From the NCBI GenBank assembly GCA_026770705.1, contig JANJGN010000002.1, forward strand, positions 228,222,001 to 228,286,000: a stretch of 64,000 bases of DNA, written 5' to 3'. Within the stretch, counting starts at the first letter, position 1. Every line of letters begins with the position of its first letter. Below the pieces are notes generated by a model that saw nothing but the letters and a program-made list of their open reading frames with translations, did no database searches and was not told the origin of the DNA. Position numbers and translations under genes: made by a program. Positions 10,806 through 25,077 of this stretch are shown piece after piece. The DNA is from Isurus oxyrinchus (lineage: Eukaryota).

Positions 10806-12207
10806 AATGTTTCAGGTCAATGACATTTTCACAAGAACTGGAAGATGTTAGCGGTTAACAGCACTTAAATGAGTACCCACATCCTGTCCCCTACGGCATC
10901 CTCCACAACCCACACCAACACCTCACTGCCCCAACTCCCCTGCAGCCAATGCCATTTTCCTTCATCTCTGCACTTGCTTCAAAGCTGTTAACCTCTTACC
11001 ATCTTCCAGTTCTCATTAAAGGTCATTGTTCTGAAACATTTAGCTCTGTTTCTCTCTTCACAGGTGCTGCCATATCTCTTGGGTATTCCCAGCATTTTCT
11101 GTTTTTGCTTAGATATCTGGCTTCTGCAATAATTTTCTTTTGTATTAGCAATAAACATGCTCATCCACTTGCATGAAAAGTCTGTTTGAGATAAGGCTAA
11201 TCTATTTAAAAGGGCTCAGATAAACAGAGAACAAAAGGTGTTTCATTGCCGTTTTCAGTATCAGACTCGCACTGTACTATTTCAACCAATAAGCTCAAAA
11301 TAAGTTCAAAAAGGAAAATAAGATTTGGTGTTCAGATATAAGACTCCATCCTGTCTTGGGTTTTGGTGAGCTCCATGTATAAAGGAGCACACTTGTAGGG
11401 GCTACCATAGATACAAAACATCATATCCTCGGGAAGTCATTGATTAAATTTGACAGATAGAGCCTATATGTGTGAAAAGTACTGCCCGTGAGATACTTAT
11501 GCTTATTCCAATTCAAATCTAATTTAATTAATTTTACTTGTAATGCTTTCATGAAGTTTTTTTTGCTTAACTCTCCATTTAAATTATGCAGTAAATGTAT
11601 ACTATGAAGATATATTATAAAAATTGCATGAGGTTTCATTCTTGAGCGTTACTACAGTCCCCATTCAACATGTCCTACCTTCCTTTAGATTACCTGATGG
11701 GGTTAGGGTTGTCAACTCCAGCTGCATATATTCCTGGAGGTTTAATTACATGGCCGCCTGCCTCCAACCATCCATCCCAACCCCCTCCTCCCCCGACTCT
11801 TATCATAGGTTGTTTGACATGTCCATCTTCATGGGGTACCATCTTCCTCGCCAATCAGGAATTGAACGGATGAATGGATTACCTGTTAGATGATTCTTCA
11901 CTCTCAGTCAAACAGCCTTCTTTCCCATGCCTGATATTCCTCCTGAGTACAGTCAAGGTGAATATAGTAAGGTAGAATTTACCTGCGAAATACAGAGAAG
12001 AAACTGAAGGTGGGCAGGTGTATTCTGTTCTCATTCAAAAAATAGCAGAAGCCAAAAATCCCAGGTTTGACCCACATTTGTGCTGAGTTAACATTTGCTT
12101 TTCCACTCTTACTCCTAGTTATGCTGAATCAATGAGGTGCTCTTTGAAGGGTTCTCAAAATTCCCACATTTTTCATATCATCAATAAGGATATGACTTTT
12201 GGACTTT

Positions 12208-13395
12208 TATGGCAGGGGACCCAACTGCTAAGTTAAGTGTAGAACCCTGCAGACAGGAGGCTAGGCCCATGAAGACCTGGGACTGGACATGCCAGGGCTT
12301 GTTGAGTGCAGTGTGGATTGTTGCCTGTAACCAAACAACGAGAGGAGACAGAATACGCATTCTTCCCTTTAAAACAATCAGCCCAGAGAAAAGACTTTAT
12401 CTTACATGAAACTAAAGCCCATCAAAATCTTGTATAAATAATCGCTACTAACTACTAAGGCAGGAAGACAGCAATCAATGCAATAATGCAAACCTATCAA
12501 TACTCCACATATACAATGGCTTTCAGTTCAAGACTAGTTACGAGGACAGGAAGACAACAATAAACATCATGCGAGCCCATTAAAAACAACGAGACAACAA
12601 TCACCTGGGAAGCCCACCAAAATCAGACAAAGAACTAACCTTGATTTGTACTGAGATAATAAATTTGAAAAAAACTGTATAACTGAGCCACCAGTTACAA
12701 AGGTAAAGCTGACACAGAAGGGTGAGCAGTTTTGGAGTGGTTGAAGCAGAGTTTAAACAGGGAGAGGTAGCTGAGCCAGGCGGAGGGAGGAGATCTGGAG
12801 GTTTGCAGGCCCGCAGGCAACATCACAGCGAGGGGCATGGGGTGGCAGGCTCAACCAAAGACAACAAGGCCGCAACCGCTATCCTCCACGAAGATCGACC
12901 ACCCCCAACTGCGCCCTCCTCCCAACTGAAGAACCTTCCCAGTTTCCACAGACCAGGACCACCTGGGGACGGCAGGCCCCAGAGGACACAAAGAGCGTAC
13001 CCCAAAACTGCAACCAGCTTACCTGGCTGATTTCGAATTGTCAAGTTGGTTGGTGAGCATGAGCCCTGACCTCTCCTAGCTCAATTTAGTTAGGTTTTGG
13101 GGGTGGGACAAGGGTAAGGGGATTAGTAGCGTGATTTTCCCTCATTATGCCCTGTGTTCCCCATTCTTAACTAAGTGTACTTTGTAGGTCTGTATAATCT
13201 CAGTGTAATCCTAATGTTATAAGTTCATTTGTGACTTCAATAAACCCAGTTTTGTTTTCTTGCACCAAAACCAGTTGTCTGCTGCACTTTGTCACAACCT
13301 CCAAATAAGTCCAAGGTCTAGAACCCAGGGAATGGGGGCGATTCGGATTGCTCAGAAGTCAGAGGTGAAGCTGACACACACCACCACCCCCTACA
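12208..13395 (+). mobile_element. Probable solo LTR
   Basis: Ends TATGGCAGGGG ... CCCCCTACA (TG..CA with one change), 4-bp CTTT on both flanks, AATAAA at ~13239. Confidence 0.5.
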
Positions 13396-13924
13396 CTTTC
13401 CTGATCATTATCCAGTGATCACCTACTGGAAAGAGTACACGTATTGACATGGGCCAAGAAGCAGTTCTGAAGAAATTTCTGGCCATGGTATGAGGACAGG
13501 TTCGGCAAAGATGCAATGGCATCTGAGGTCAATAGTATCCTGATTCACATGTGAGGAAGGGCTCTGTTTGTAGCACTCCTGCCTCTGAATCAGAAAGTCA
13601 TAGCTTCAAGTCCTGCTCCTGGGGCTTGACCATGTGATGCAAGCTGGCACTTTAATGCAGCAGGTGAAGAAATTGAGCTAGTGTATGTCAGCACAGGAAT
13701 AAAGAGTGAAAGGGGTTTGTTTTTAATGAGCTCAATTTTATGAGGCTGGAATTCCACGTGCCCAGCCGATAATTTTCCACTCATCTTAATAGCAAGTCAC
13801 AAACTATTACCCAATGCGAACTTTCTTGCACTGGGATAAGAGTATGGAAGCCAAAGATTGCCGCAATTTGGACTTAGCCTAATCAGAATTAGGAATGATT
13901 CTTGCTTGTTGACATTTGAAACGA

Positions 13925-14410
13925 ATACATGCATTTCTATAGAATCTTTAATAGTAAAAAGATCCAAAAGTGCTTCATAGGGGTGTAATCAGAGAAAATT
14001 TAAGACTGAGACACTTAAAGTGGTTCAGTGCAGGTGATCAAAAGCTTGGTCAAAGACCAAGGGGAGGGGGTGGTAGGGTGGTGGAGGGTTTTAGGGAAGG
14101 AATTCCAGAGCTCAGTCACTAGGCAGCTGAAGGCATGGCCATCAATGTTGAGGCAAAGAAAATTGGAGATAGGCAAAAGGCTCAGATTGGAGGAGTGCAG
14201 AGATCTCAGAGGATTGTAGGGCTGGAAGAGTTTATACAGATAGGTGCTGGGGTTGGGGGGAGGGGGCAGGTGGGAAGGCCCTATCAGGATTTGACAAGGG
14301 TGAAAATTTTAAAGTTGAGGAGTTACCAGTCCAGGAGCCAGTGTAGGTCAGCATGTGAAGGGTTCATGGGTGAATGAAACTTCGTGCAAATTAGGACATG
14401 GACAGCAACA
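13925..14410 (-). mobile_element. L2-type LINE 3' fragment
   Basis: Reverse complement of the 27330-27935 family, including the tail. Confidence 0.65.
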
Positions 14411-14744
14411 TTTTGCAAAGGCAATTTCAAGCATTAATTGAACATTTTGAGGAGGCCCTCCTTTTCTCCAGTTGTTGATTTACACACTGGAAAACAGGCT
14501 GAGCAAACATGAAAACAGCCTTCATTTCACACTACCAAGCGAGGATGTTTCGTAAAATCAGCCAAGTCAATTGGAGCATTATCATTGGATGCTGTGAATA
14601 TAGGGTGATTACGTTTCAGCACAAAAAAGGGAAGTTTGATCATAAAATCAAGAAGCCAATGGGGGTAATGTTGGTGAAAAGAAACTTTGTGGCGTTGGAA
14701 ATCACAAACCATTTGTTCAATTCCCAGTGAGATTGGAGAGTAAA

Positions 14745-15005
14745 TTTTTCAGTAAGTTACGAGGCCAGGTTGTACAGGCCAGGTTTTGATTCCCTTACAT
14801 ATCGAAGATGAAGGGACGATCTGACTGAGATGCTGAAGATACTGAAAGGAGTTGACAGGATGGACAGAGTGAAATTATTTCCTCTGGTTAGGGGAAATCC
14901 AAAACAAAGTGGGCATATTTTTAAAATTAGACCTAGGCCAATCAACGGTGATGTTAAGAAGTGCTTCTTCACACAAAGGGTAGTGGAATCTGGAACTCCC
15001 CCTGT
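14745..15005 (+). mobile_element. Old CR1 fragment
   Basis: MLKILKGVDRMDRVKLFPLV...FFTQRVV, the CR1 ORF2 C-terminus. Confidence 0.75.
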
Positions 15006-15249
15006 GGGAAGTAAGGTCACACATTTCAGAGCAAAAGGACGATTTTCAAACTTTTCATGCTGTGCCTAATCCTACTTCAGGATTGTGGTGGGACCAAAAT
15101 ATCTTCCCCTCCAGTTTACGCCAGGTTACGAGTTGTGTTCCACCAATTTGATTTTCCATTGTGGGCTAGAATTAATTTACCCTTTCATTCTTGTTATAAA
15201 TCAAATCTCTGGCCGTTGCGTTACTTGTATATTAATGAGTAGCAAATAA

Positions 15250-16800
15250 AAGGAAAGCCTTGCACATATTGTGTTCCTTTCATGATCTCGAAGCATCCCA
15301 AAGCACTTTACAACCAATTAAATACTTATGAAGTGTAGCCACTATTGTAATGTAGGAAATATGACAGCATACTATAACCAGCAAGCTTCTACCAGCTGCG
15401 GTGAAAAAAATGATGTTTCAGGTATTGTTTGACAGATAAATGTTGGCCAGCGCACAAAGCAGTTCCCTGCTCTTCTTTAGCTGGTGCCAAATGATCCTGC
15501 GCATCCACCTAAAAGGGCAGACAGTGGGCCGGACACTCACCATCGAGGAGGGAGGCTCAAGTCAGGAAATCTCTCAACTTAGCACACCCGTCTCCATGGG
15601 AACGGCCCACATACACACATGATTTTCGCTCTGAGGGTGCAAGGGGCATAAATGAGTCAGACCTGCCATTTCTGGAGGCAGCCATGGAGGTGGGTAAGTG
15701 ATGAGATGGCCTGGTTTGAAGGCCCCCCTTCGGTTCTCTGATGCTTTAGCCCAGTTGTATAAAAGCCTGTTAGGCCCTCTAGCCCTGCCACATACCCTTA
15801 ATGCCCCCTCATATCCATCATGCAATCACCATGCCCCCATACCCTCCATGCCACCTCTGTAGCCAAACACCTAGTATCCACTATGGTCAGGTCTCAGAAG
15901 CCATGTGTGAATGAAAACAAAAGCTTCCAGCAATCTAAGAGAGCTCTCACTCATACATAATTGATATGAAAAAACACTCTCATTCATGAAACCCATTCAA
16001 AGATTTTACATCCCCTCAAATGTCAATCTGTTGTAAAAACAAACAAACTTCTATTCACTAACACATCAAAGACAGCTAATCCTTTAATGGACTCTTAAAG
16101 CTATCAACCAAAATGCGAGTTCAGATGCCTTGCTGAGATAGATGGTTTTGGAGCTTGTAAAACTCAGCCAAGTAATCCTAATGGGCTCAGCACTAATAAC
16201 AGTCCTCAAGAAATCTCACCAATGAAACTGCAGGACAAGGTGGCTAATGAATTTTTATAAGCTACACCAGATGGCCTGTCAATCAATGTTCCAGTTACAG
16301 ATATCTGCTTTTTTACTCTAACTGACATCTGCAGCCTGCTTTTTCTTCATTTTTAAAGGGCTGGGGATTTAAAAGACTTCAGATTATGTCACTTAAACAG
16401 AACTTATCCGCCCTTCACAGCGCATATGCCTCCTCCATAAATTCGTAACTCCCACACTGCAGGTTAAGGCAATTGGAACAGTGAAAATGAGGTCTGTTGG
16501 AACTCAGCTGTCGTTTCAAATGGCCCTTCTGAACTCAGGTTTCCCACCTGTGTGATTCATGCCAAATCCCCTTCCCCCTGCCAGCAAAAATGAGATCTGC
16601 TAAAAATGGGCGTGGGACATCTGCATCCAGGTCCCAGCCACCATATCTAGAAGTCTCTGAAGTCAGCATTTCCAACAAAGCAGCACTTCCTCAGTGCTGC
16701 TTGGAGTGTCAGCCAGGATTACATGCTCAAGATGCTAGAGTGAGGCTTTAACCCCTGACCTTCTGACTCAGAGGCAATGGTGCTGCCTATTGATGCGAGA
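15250..16800 (-). mobile_element. DeuSINE split by an unclassified ~1.1-kb insertion (~15525-16665)
   Basis: SINE tail and Deu domain at 15250-15525; the SINE resumes at ~16668. The insert resembles 31707-32150 and 33605-33970. Confidence 0.6.
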
Positions 16801-16895
16801 TTAACTCCAGATGGCTGAGTTGCTCATCTGAAATTCTGGTGTCTGCTATTTCTCTGGAGCCCTGAAAGCTGTTTAAAGCAGCACGCAACATTCTA

Positions 16896-19800
16896 ACTGG
16901 AGGAGGAGGCTCCACAAATACTTCCATCCTCAACGATGGGGGAAGCCCAGCATTTCAGTGCGAAAGATAAGGCTGAAGCGTTTGCAACCACCTTCACCCA
17001 GAAGTGCCGAGTGGATGATCCATCTCAGCTTCCATCTGAGGGCCCCGGAGTCACACATGCCAGTCTTCAGCCAATTCGATTCACTCCGTGGGCGGAATTT
17101 TCCCTGCCCGCTGGTGGCATGACAACAGGGCGGGAAGGCCAAATTTCAGTTGAACACCATCGCAAAACGGGTTTGCAAACGTCTGCTCCGCCCGTCACGG
17201 GTGGGATGACTTTCCCACCGCTGCACATTGGGAACTTCATTGTAATCCATCCGCATATCAGTGCAAGCCCAGTTTGCCGGAATCATCCTTCCTCGCTGGA
17301 TCACCCGAGCATGTCGGCAAGATTGCATGCCAACGTCTTTCACAACTGAACATAAGCGACGTGCACTTGGCGAGCTGCACTTCACTCGGGCCTTGTTTAC
17401 CAACCTTGCTTCAGGCACCATTTGTGGTCATCAGCGCCAGGCTTCGCAGGCAGCACCACATCGCTTTAAGGGGGGCTCACGGGCAGGTCCCTACTTATGA
17501 AACCAGCTGTGAGGTGGGGATGGCTTTACCACTGCTGCAAGGCTATGGCTTGCTTGGGGAAGAGGGAGAATTGGCCTCAGGCAAGGGATGAGACTGCAGA
17601 GCTAGGACATAACTGGGGAAGGAGGGTATCCCAGGATGTGTGTGTGGGGGGCACGTGTCGATCTGCGCAAATGGCCTTAAGAGGGTGAGGGCTGAGGAGG
17701 CAGTCTCCAGAGGAGATGAAGCTAGATGGAGATGTGAGGGTGTGTGTGAGAAAATGGGTGGTGGTGTCCCTTGAGCTGCAGCGAGTGAGGTGCCAGTGAA
17801 TGTGTGATGGGCTTGCGAGTGTGTGAATTTAGAGTGATGAAATAGTTGCCTTACCCTGGTGGCATGGATAAGATAATTCATGCATTTTCTGCATTGGATG
17901 GTCAACCTCTTCTGTGCAGTGTTGGCACTGACCATCTCTGTCACCACCTCCAAAGCTGGGGTGGTGACACCAATGGGCTCCCTGAAGCCAGAGCAGAGGT
18001 AGAGGACGTTGTGGCAGGCTCCAATGGTGTCCAGAGGTGTCCCAGGGATGTGTCACAATCGGGTGGCTGCAATCTTCTCGCCTTTCGGGGCCGTGTCTTC
18101 TGTGCACCAGCCTTCCACTGGAAGCGCTGAGAGCTGTGTGTAGCTGCTCTCTACAGATGGTGCCTGGCGTGAGGAAGTGGCGAGGTGATGGCGTGGCGAG
18201 CGAATGAGAGCCCCATGCCACAAAACGACTTGTTTCCTAGGAATGCATGATCAATGAGGTGAGATTGGGATGAAAAGCCGCCATTGGGGCCAGCAGGGTA
18301 AAACATTCCTTTTCCTGCCTGCTACTGCACTTAGTGCAAACCTAGGACGATTCCACCCCATGTGATATCAAGAAAAGGATGAAGGCACTGGGTACTGCAA
18401 ATGCTTTGGCCCTGACAACATTCGGGTATAGTACGGAAGACTTCTGCTCCAGAACCAGGTGCGCCTCTAGTCAAGCTGTTCCACTACAGCTACAATGCTG
18501 GCATCTCCCTGACAATGTGGAAAATTGCCCAGGTGTGTCCATTCAACATAAAGTAGGACAGATCTAACCTGACCAATTACCATCCCATCAGCCTAATCTC
18601 GATCATCAACAAAGATGGAAGGGTCATTGACAATGCTATCAAGTAACACTTACTCAGCAATAACTTGCTCACAGACCTCAGTTTGGGTTCTGCCAGACCC
18701 ACTCAACTCCTGATGTCATTAGATCCTTGGTCAAACAAGGACAAAAGAGCTGAACTCAAGATGTGGGGGGAGAGTAACACTGATATCAAGGTAGCATTTG
18801 ACTGAGTGTGATCAAGGAGCCCTAGCAAAACTGGAGTCAATGGAGTCAGGGGAAAACCCTCCACTGGTTGGAATCTTGTCTAGCACAAAGAAAGATGGTT
18901 GTTGCAGGTCAATCATCTCAGTCCCGGGACATCGGTGCAGATGTTCCTCAGGGTAATGTCTTAGGCCCAACCATCTTCAGCAGCTTCATCAATGACCTTC
19001 CCTTCATCATAAGAAGTGGGGATGTTCGCTGATGATTGAACAATGTTCAGCACCATTCACAACTCCTCAGGTACTGAAGCAGTCTGTGTCCATATGCAGT
19101 AAGACCGAGACAACATTCAGGCTTGGGCTGAAAAATGGCAAGTAACATTTGCTCCACATAAGTGCCAGGCAATGACCATCTCCAACAAGAGAGAATCTAA
19201 CCATCACCCCTTGACATTCGATGACATTATAATCGCTGAATAACACCCTATCAACATCTTGGGGGTTACCATTGACCAAAACTGAACTGGACCAGCCAAA
19301 AAAATAATGACTACAAGAGCAGGTCAGAGACTGGGAATTCTGTAGAAACTCACCTCCATCTTGCCAAAGTCTGCCCACCATCTACAATGCAAAAGTCAGG
19401 AATGTGATGTAATACTCTCCAATTTCCTGGATATGTGTAACTGCAACAACACTCAAGAAGCTTTACACCATCCAGGACAAAGGAACCCGCTCGATTGGCA
19501 TCTCATTCACTATCTTAAACATTCACTCCCTCCCCCACTGAAGCACAGTGGCAGCAGTGTGTGTCATCAACAAGATGCACTGCAGGAACTCACCAAGGCT
19601 CCTTCAACAGCACCTTCCAAAACCATGACCTCTACCACCTCAAAGGACAGCGACAACAGATATATGGGAACACCACCATCTGCAAGCTCCCCTCCAGGCC
19701 ACACACCATCCTGACTTGGAAATATATCAATGTTCCTTTACTGTCGCTGGGACAAAATCCTGGAAATCACTTCCTAACAGCACCATGGGTGTACCTACAC

Positions 19801-19905
19801 CAGCTGGACTGCAGCGGTTCAAGAAGTTGGCTCACCGCCACCTTCTCAAGGGCAGTTAGGATGGGCAATAAGTGCTGACCCAGCCAACGACACCCACATC
19901 CTGTG
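16896..19905 (+). mobile_element. 5'-truncated LINE family A, interrupted at 17090-18358
   Basis: Collinear with 4070-5925, with RT motifs (MFADD) and the tail. Confidence 0.9.
17090..18358 (-). mobile_element. Non-autonomous Harbinger derivative with Myb-like exon 1
   Basis: TIR gggcggaattttcc / ggacgattccaccc and 3-bp TSD CGT/CAT. Minus strand encodes VSANTAQKRLTIQCRKCMNYLIHATR|gtaagg. Confidence 0.8.
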
Positions 19906-21589
19906 AAAGTTTAAATTTTAAAAGATCTGCTAAAATGGAGGGTAGAGAACCAAAGGTTCCTGTATCATGCATTGGTATACAGGTTATCTCATGGTGAATG
20001 TCTATACGCATAATGCACACAAGATTTTCAATAATAAATGATAAAGTCTGGAAAACATTCCTGAAAATATTGAATCACAAATGTAAATGTGGTTCAATGA
20101 GATGGGATACTATGTATTGCATAATAGAATTCACCTGACCAGCTTTTTTTTCTCATGCTCCTATCGCATCCCATCTGATCACTGCGTTATTGAATGATCA
20201 GTTCATAGACTCAAGTATCAGAATGTTTGTTGACATCACCATGACAGCTTAAAATAGGCTCTCAGTAGCCTATGTCACAGCAAAGTCTAGTTACTCAGCA
20301 AATGGAGTCTGTTTAAACTATGCGTCACAGCAAACAGTCTACAGGGTTTATTTTAAAAGAGTCTCAACAAACTACAGCAAACAGAACTCCTGACCAGTCC
20401 AGCATTTTTATTGCCCATCCTTTGAGAAGATGGTGGTGAGCCGTCTTCTTGAACTGCTGCAGTCCATGTGGCGTAGGTACACCCACACTGCTGTTAGGAA
20501 GATACTCTCTGATGTGCTTTCTCCTGATAAAAGCAGCATGTCTCCAGTAAGATGCAGCGAGTAGAGGATAATTACATCATGTAAAATTTTGTGTGCAAAA
20601 TCAATCCCAGTCACTTGAAGCATTGAATGATGGTGAGAATCATCCAATCATCTCCATGTTGGCTGGAAATGGTGGTGTCCCTTTCTGCAGTCCTAATGAA
20701 AGGCACATTGAATCCATTTTAATGCTTTTTTCTGGAATTCTAGTTACATTTTTTTGAACCATACCAACTTCTGTAGCAGTAAGCACACGGAAGAAAAATC
20801 TGACCGCTTTAAATATCACCATCACAATTCCTTCAGACCACATAATAACCCATAGCATTACGATGAATCAGCCCATTGAGCTTGTGAGATATGCACTCGG
20901 CAGTTCATATTTTAGTAAGTGACCAAGTTTGTCATGTATCTCACAGATTCAATTACAACTTAATGACACTGGAAGTGATATCCGAGACGTTTACTTTTTA
21001 TAGAATCATGGCATCATACAGCGCAGAAAGAGGCCATTCAGCCCATCATGCCGTTGCCAGCTTTCTGAAGGAGCTATCCAATTAGTCCCTCTCCCCTGCT
21101 CTTTCTCCGTAGCCCTGCAAATGTTTTCCTAATTTGTGAAGGCACTATATAAATGTAAATCTTTCTTCTTACAGCTAATAATTATGACTATAATGGTGCA
21201 ATAACAGAAACATGAAAGAACAAAAATTGATGTAATAAAGCTTAAAATGTTTTGAGAGTGTTTGGTACAAAGATCTGGAATTGTTTGTGGTTCAGAAAAA
21301 GGTCGTTTCCACATTCTTTAGAAAAGATATAATTAGATTTTGTGCTTATGCCTCTTCTGGGACAAGAATCCATTAGTGGAAATGTTGAACATGTTTCAAA
21401 GAATGTAGCAGTCTGCACATGTCAAGAGTGTTCTGATCTTATTCAATGTGATACAGGTGCAGGGACAGATTTCATAAGAAATCAGTGTTGTGTCATCCAT
21501 CTTTCTGTCGATGATCTTGTGGGCACATGATGGATAAACATGTTGAATAGTTCAGGCTGTTGCAAATACGTCAGTCAAGATTGGCTCCA

Positions 21590-22990
21590 ATCTCATGCAT
21601 TGCATCCAATTCTGGGCATCACTCTTTGGAACTGAAAAGCCTTATAGAGGGTGCAGAGGACATTCAGTAGAATTGTGCCAGGAATGAGGAACTTTGGTTA
21701 TGTGGGGATACTGGAGAAGCTGGGATTGTTCTCCTTTGAGCAGAGGAGGTTAACCGAGGATTTAGTGGAGGCGGTAAATATTATCAGGGGATTTGATAGA
21801 GTAGATAGGGAGGATGAAGGGTCATCATTGAGCTGAAACATTAAATCAGTTTTTTTCCATATATGATGCCTGACCTGTTGCATATTTCCAATATTTCTGT
21901 TTTTATTTTATATAGGGCGAAACTACTGGTTGGTTACCAGATGAAACAGATTTAAAATAATTGCCAAAAAGGCCAGCAGGGAGATGTGGAGAATTTGTTT
22001 TCCTTATTAAGTGTTAGGGTTGTAATGCCTGAAAGAGTGAAGGAGGCAGGGCAAACAAGGCACGGGAACACACGATGAATGGTAGCACCCTGAGAAGTAC
22101 CAAGGATCAGAGGGACCTTGGTGTACCTGTCCACCGGTCCCTTAAGATAGCAGGACAGGTAGATAAGGTGGTTAAGAAGGCATATGGGATACTTGCCTTT
22201 ATTAGCCAAGGCATAGAATATAAGAGCAGGGAGGTTATGCTGGAACCGTATAAAACGCTAGTTAGGCCACAGGTAGAGTATTGCGTTCAGTTCTGGAATC
22301 CACATTATAGGAAGGATGTGATTGCACTAGAGTGTGCAGAGGAGATTTACCAAGATGTTGCCTGAGCTGGAGAGTTTTAGTTATGAGGAGAGATTGGATA
22401 GACTGGGGTTATTTTCCCTGGAGCAGAGAAGATTGATGGGGGGACATGATTGAGGTGTATAAAATTATGAGGGGCATAGATAGGATAGACAGGAAGGAAC
22501 TTTTCCCCTTGGTGGAGGAATCAATAACCAGGGACATAGATTTAAGGTAAGGGGCAGGAGGTTTAGAGGAGATGTGAGGAAGAATTTTTTCATCCTGAGG
22601 GTGGTGGGAATCTGGAACTCACTGCCTGAAAGAGTGGTAGAGGCAGAAACCCTCATAACATTTAGGAAGTATTTGGATGTACACTTGTGATACCATGGCA
22701 TACAAGGCTATGGGCCTGGTGCTGGAAAATGGGATTAGAATAGTTAGGTACTTGTTTGACTGGCGTAGACTCGATGGGCCGAAGGACCTTTTTCTGAACT
22801 GTAGACCTCTATGACTCTATGACTGTATGACTCAATAGTAACTTTCAAAAGGGAATTGGATAAATATTTAAAAGGGAAACAATCTCAAGGCTGTGGGGAA
22901 ATAGTGGGGGTCTGGAACTAATTTGACAGCTTTTCAAAGAGCTGATACTGACGCTACAGGCCAAATAGCTTCCTTCTGTATAATTCTACA
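21590..22990 (+). mobile_element. Cluster of CR1 (family B) 3' fragments; younger copy at ~22070-22832
   Basis: QRDLGVPVHRSLK...KTLVRPQVEYCVQFW, with a (ctatgact)n tail at ~22809-22832. Confidence 0.88.
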
Positions 22991-23961
22991 TCCCAGGAGG
23001 GTGACATATTCGATGAGATCATTAGGATTGGGGGAATACATTTTCAAATTCCCGCCTATTTTATAATTTATATCTCGGATCTATACAGAGATGACACTAA
23101 TTTCTATGTGTGTAACAGGTTTAATTCAGTGCTTTTTTAAAATGTTTGCTACATGCTTCTCGCTCATGCTTCCAGCTCTTTTTAACAACTTTGTTTACTT
23201 CTCCCTGAGTCCACACCCAGGCTTAACCAATCAAAAACAGTGAGCATTGATAGTAAACAGACTCACTTAATCAAACACAGAATAATTCAACAATTGACCA
23301 CTACGCCACCCAGGTGTGTCTCTGGAACCTCTGTAATCCTCCATGGACAGGCACGATTCCCTTTAAATAACCTGAGAAGATCACCCACCCAAGATAATAA
23401 AGGAAACAGGAGCCATGGATGGATGGTCCTCGCAAATTTCAGGGAAACTCAAGCATAGTCTGGACTGTCTCCTTGCTCTGCTGCCTGGAAATGTTATGCT
23501 TTCCAGGTTAACATGTATATGGACATTTTGGAGTGGTGGCCACTGACCTGCAACAAGAAGCCTGTGCCAGTTGTCTTGGAGCAATATCAACACTTTCTTT
23601 TTGAAGGGCTGGACAATTGTCAGCCTTTCCTTTTCAAATGCCAAAAGCCGAAATTTTCTCGTGTAATTGGAAAAAAAAGGATTGCATTCATGTAGTGCCT
23701 TCTACCTTCATGATCTCAGGACATCTCAAATTGCTTTACAGCCAATGAAATACATTTGATGTGTAGTCACCATTGCAATGTAGAAAACAAAATACTAACA
23801 AAATGCAAGTGAGTAGGTATACAAAGGAAACTGATAATTGTGAGATTCCTGAATTTCATATTCCTCATACTATGTAAGGGCTTTTGAAACTTATGAGCCT
23901 TTAAAATCCAAGCATTTGTTTTGTCAAAGGTAGAAGATCAGGAGGTTTTTTTTTTATAAAT

Positions 23962-24307
23962 GTACTTTTTCACAGGATGTGGGTGTCACTGGAAAGGCCA
24001 GCATTTATTGCCCTTGAACTGAGTAGCCTGCCACATTGCTGTGGATCTGGAGCCACATGTAGACCAGACCAGGCAACAACAGCAGATTTACTCCCCTAAA
24101 GGGCATTAATGAACCAAGTCGGTTTTTGCTGCAATTGATGATAGCTGTCTGGTCACCATTACTGAGGCTAGCTTCATAATTCCAGATTTATTAGTTGAAT
24201 TTAAATTCTAGCTGCTGTGGTGGAATTTGAACTCATGCCTTCAGAACATTAGCCTGGGTCTTTGGATTACTAGCCCAGTGACTGTAACACTACGCTACCA
24301 TCTCCCC
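23962..24307 (-). mobile_element. tRNA-head SINE sharing head and tail with LINE A (junction variant 2)
   Basis: Minus strand has a tRNA-like head, the shared body, and junction ctcagtt|caagggcaataaatgctggcc. Confidence 0.8.
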
Positions 24308-25077
24308 AAACTAATCACAGAGCTATTTTCCTGAAATCTGTGAATAGCATTCATTCCTGGTCCCTATAGCTCTGGTTATCTTAAGAACTGCTTTCTAAGT
24401 GGGTTGGGAGCGGGCAATGTAATGCCTGTTTACTAAGTTATATTCGCTGGTGATGTTATCAAACATACATGTGTTATGCTATCACCCTTTTAAGGAAAAA
24501 GCACATGTAAACTGAAGCTTTTTTTAAAAAAATTGTGTTGATTCAGATTTGGGAATTGGCCAGTAGTGCATCTCTATAACATTCAATCAAATGCATTGTA
24601 ATGATATTACTATCCATAGTCATCGAAATGGCTAAATGGAAAGTAGTTGAATTTAAACTTTACACTATAAACCGTGGAAAAAAAAATCTTGTACTGAATA
24701 ATTCACCGTCCACCATGTCCCCATCCCCCAACGCCCCTCACTCACTGCCCCATCTACAGTATAAAGCAGTAAAGCTTATTTCAAAGAATTTCAGTAATAA
24801 GCAAGTTCCATATTTTTAGTGTTCTGGGAAAGGATGAGTTATAAGGGAAGTGGATGACAATAAAGTGCATGTAGTTTGGGAATTGAGGAGGAACAGGCGA
24901 GGGAGGTTTAGTATTGAGAACAGTCAATGATTGTTAATAATCACTTGATGTCCACAGTGTGCTAGGGCCTGCATGGTTTAATTCTAAACGATGAAGAATT
25001 GAGGTCTCACCTCTCACCTCTAACCTCTCTTTTCTTTCCCACTGAAGTAATTTCAATTTTGTTATCAGTATTCCCTA

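Noticed and set aside
11883-11982. Minus-strand exon-like segment with a strong acceptor
   Set aside because: It partly overlaps a probable DNA-transposon remnant starting tagggttgtcaac (~11704), and the peptide is unrecognisable.
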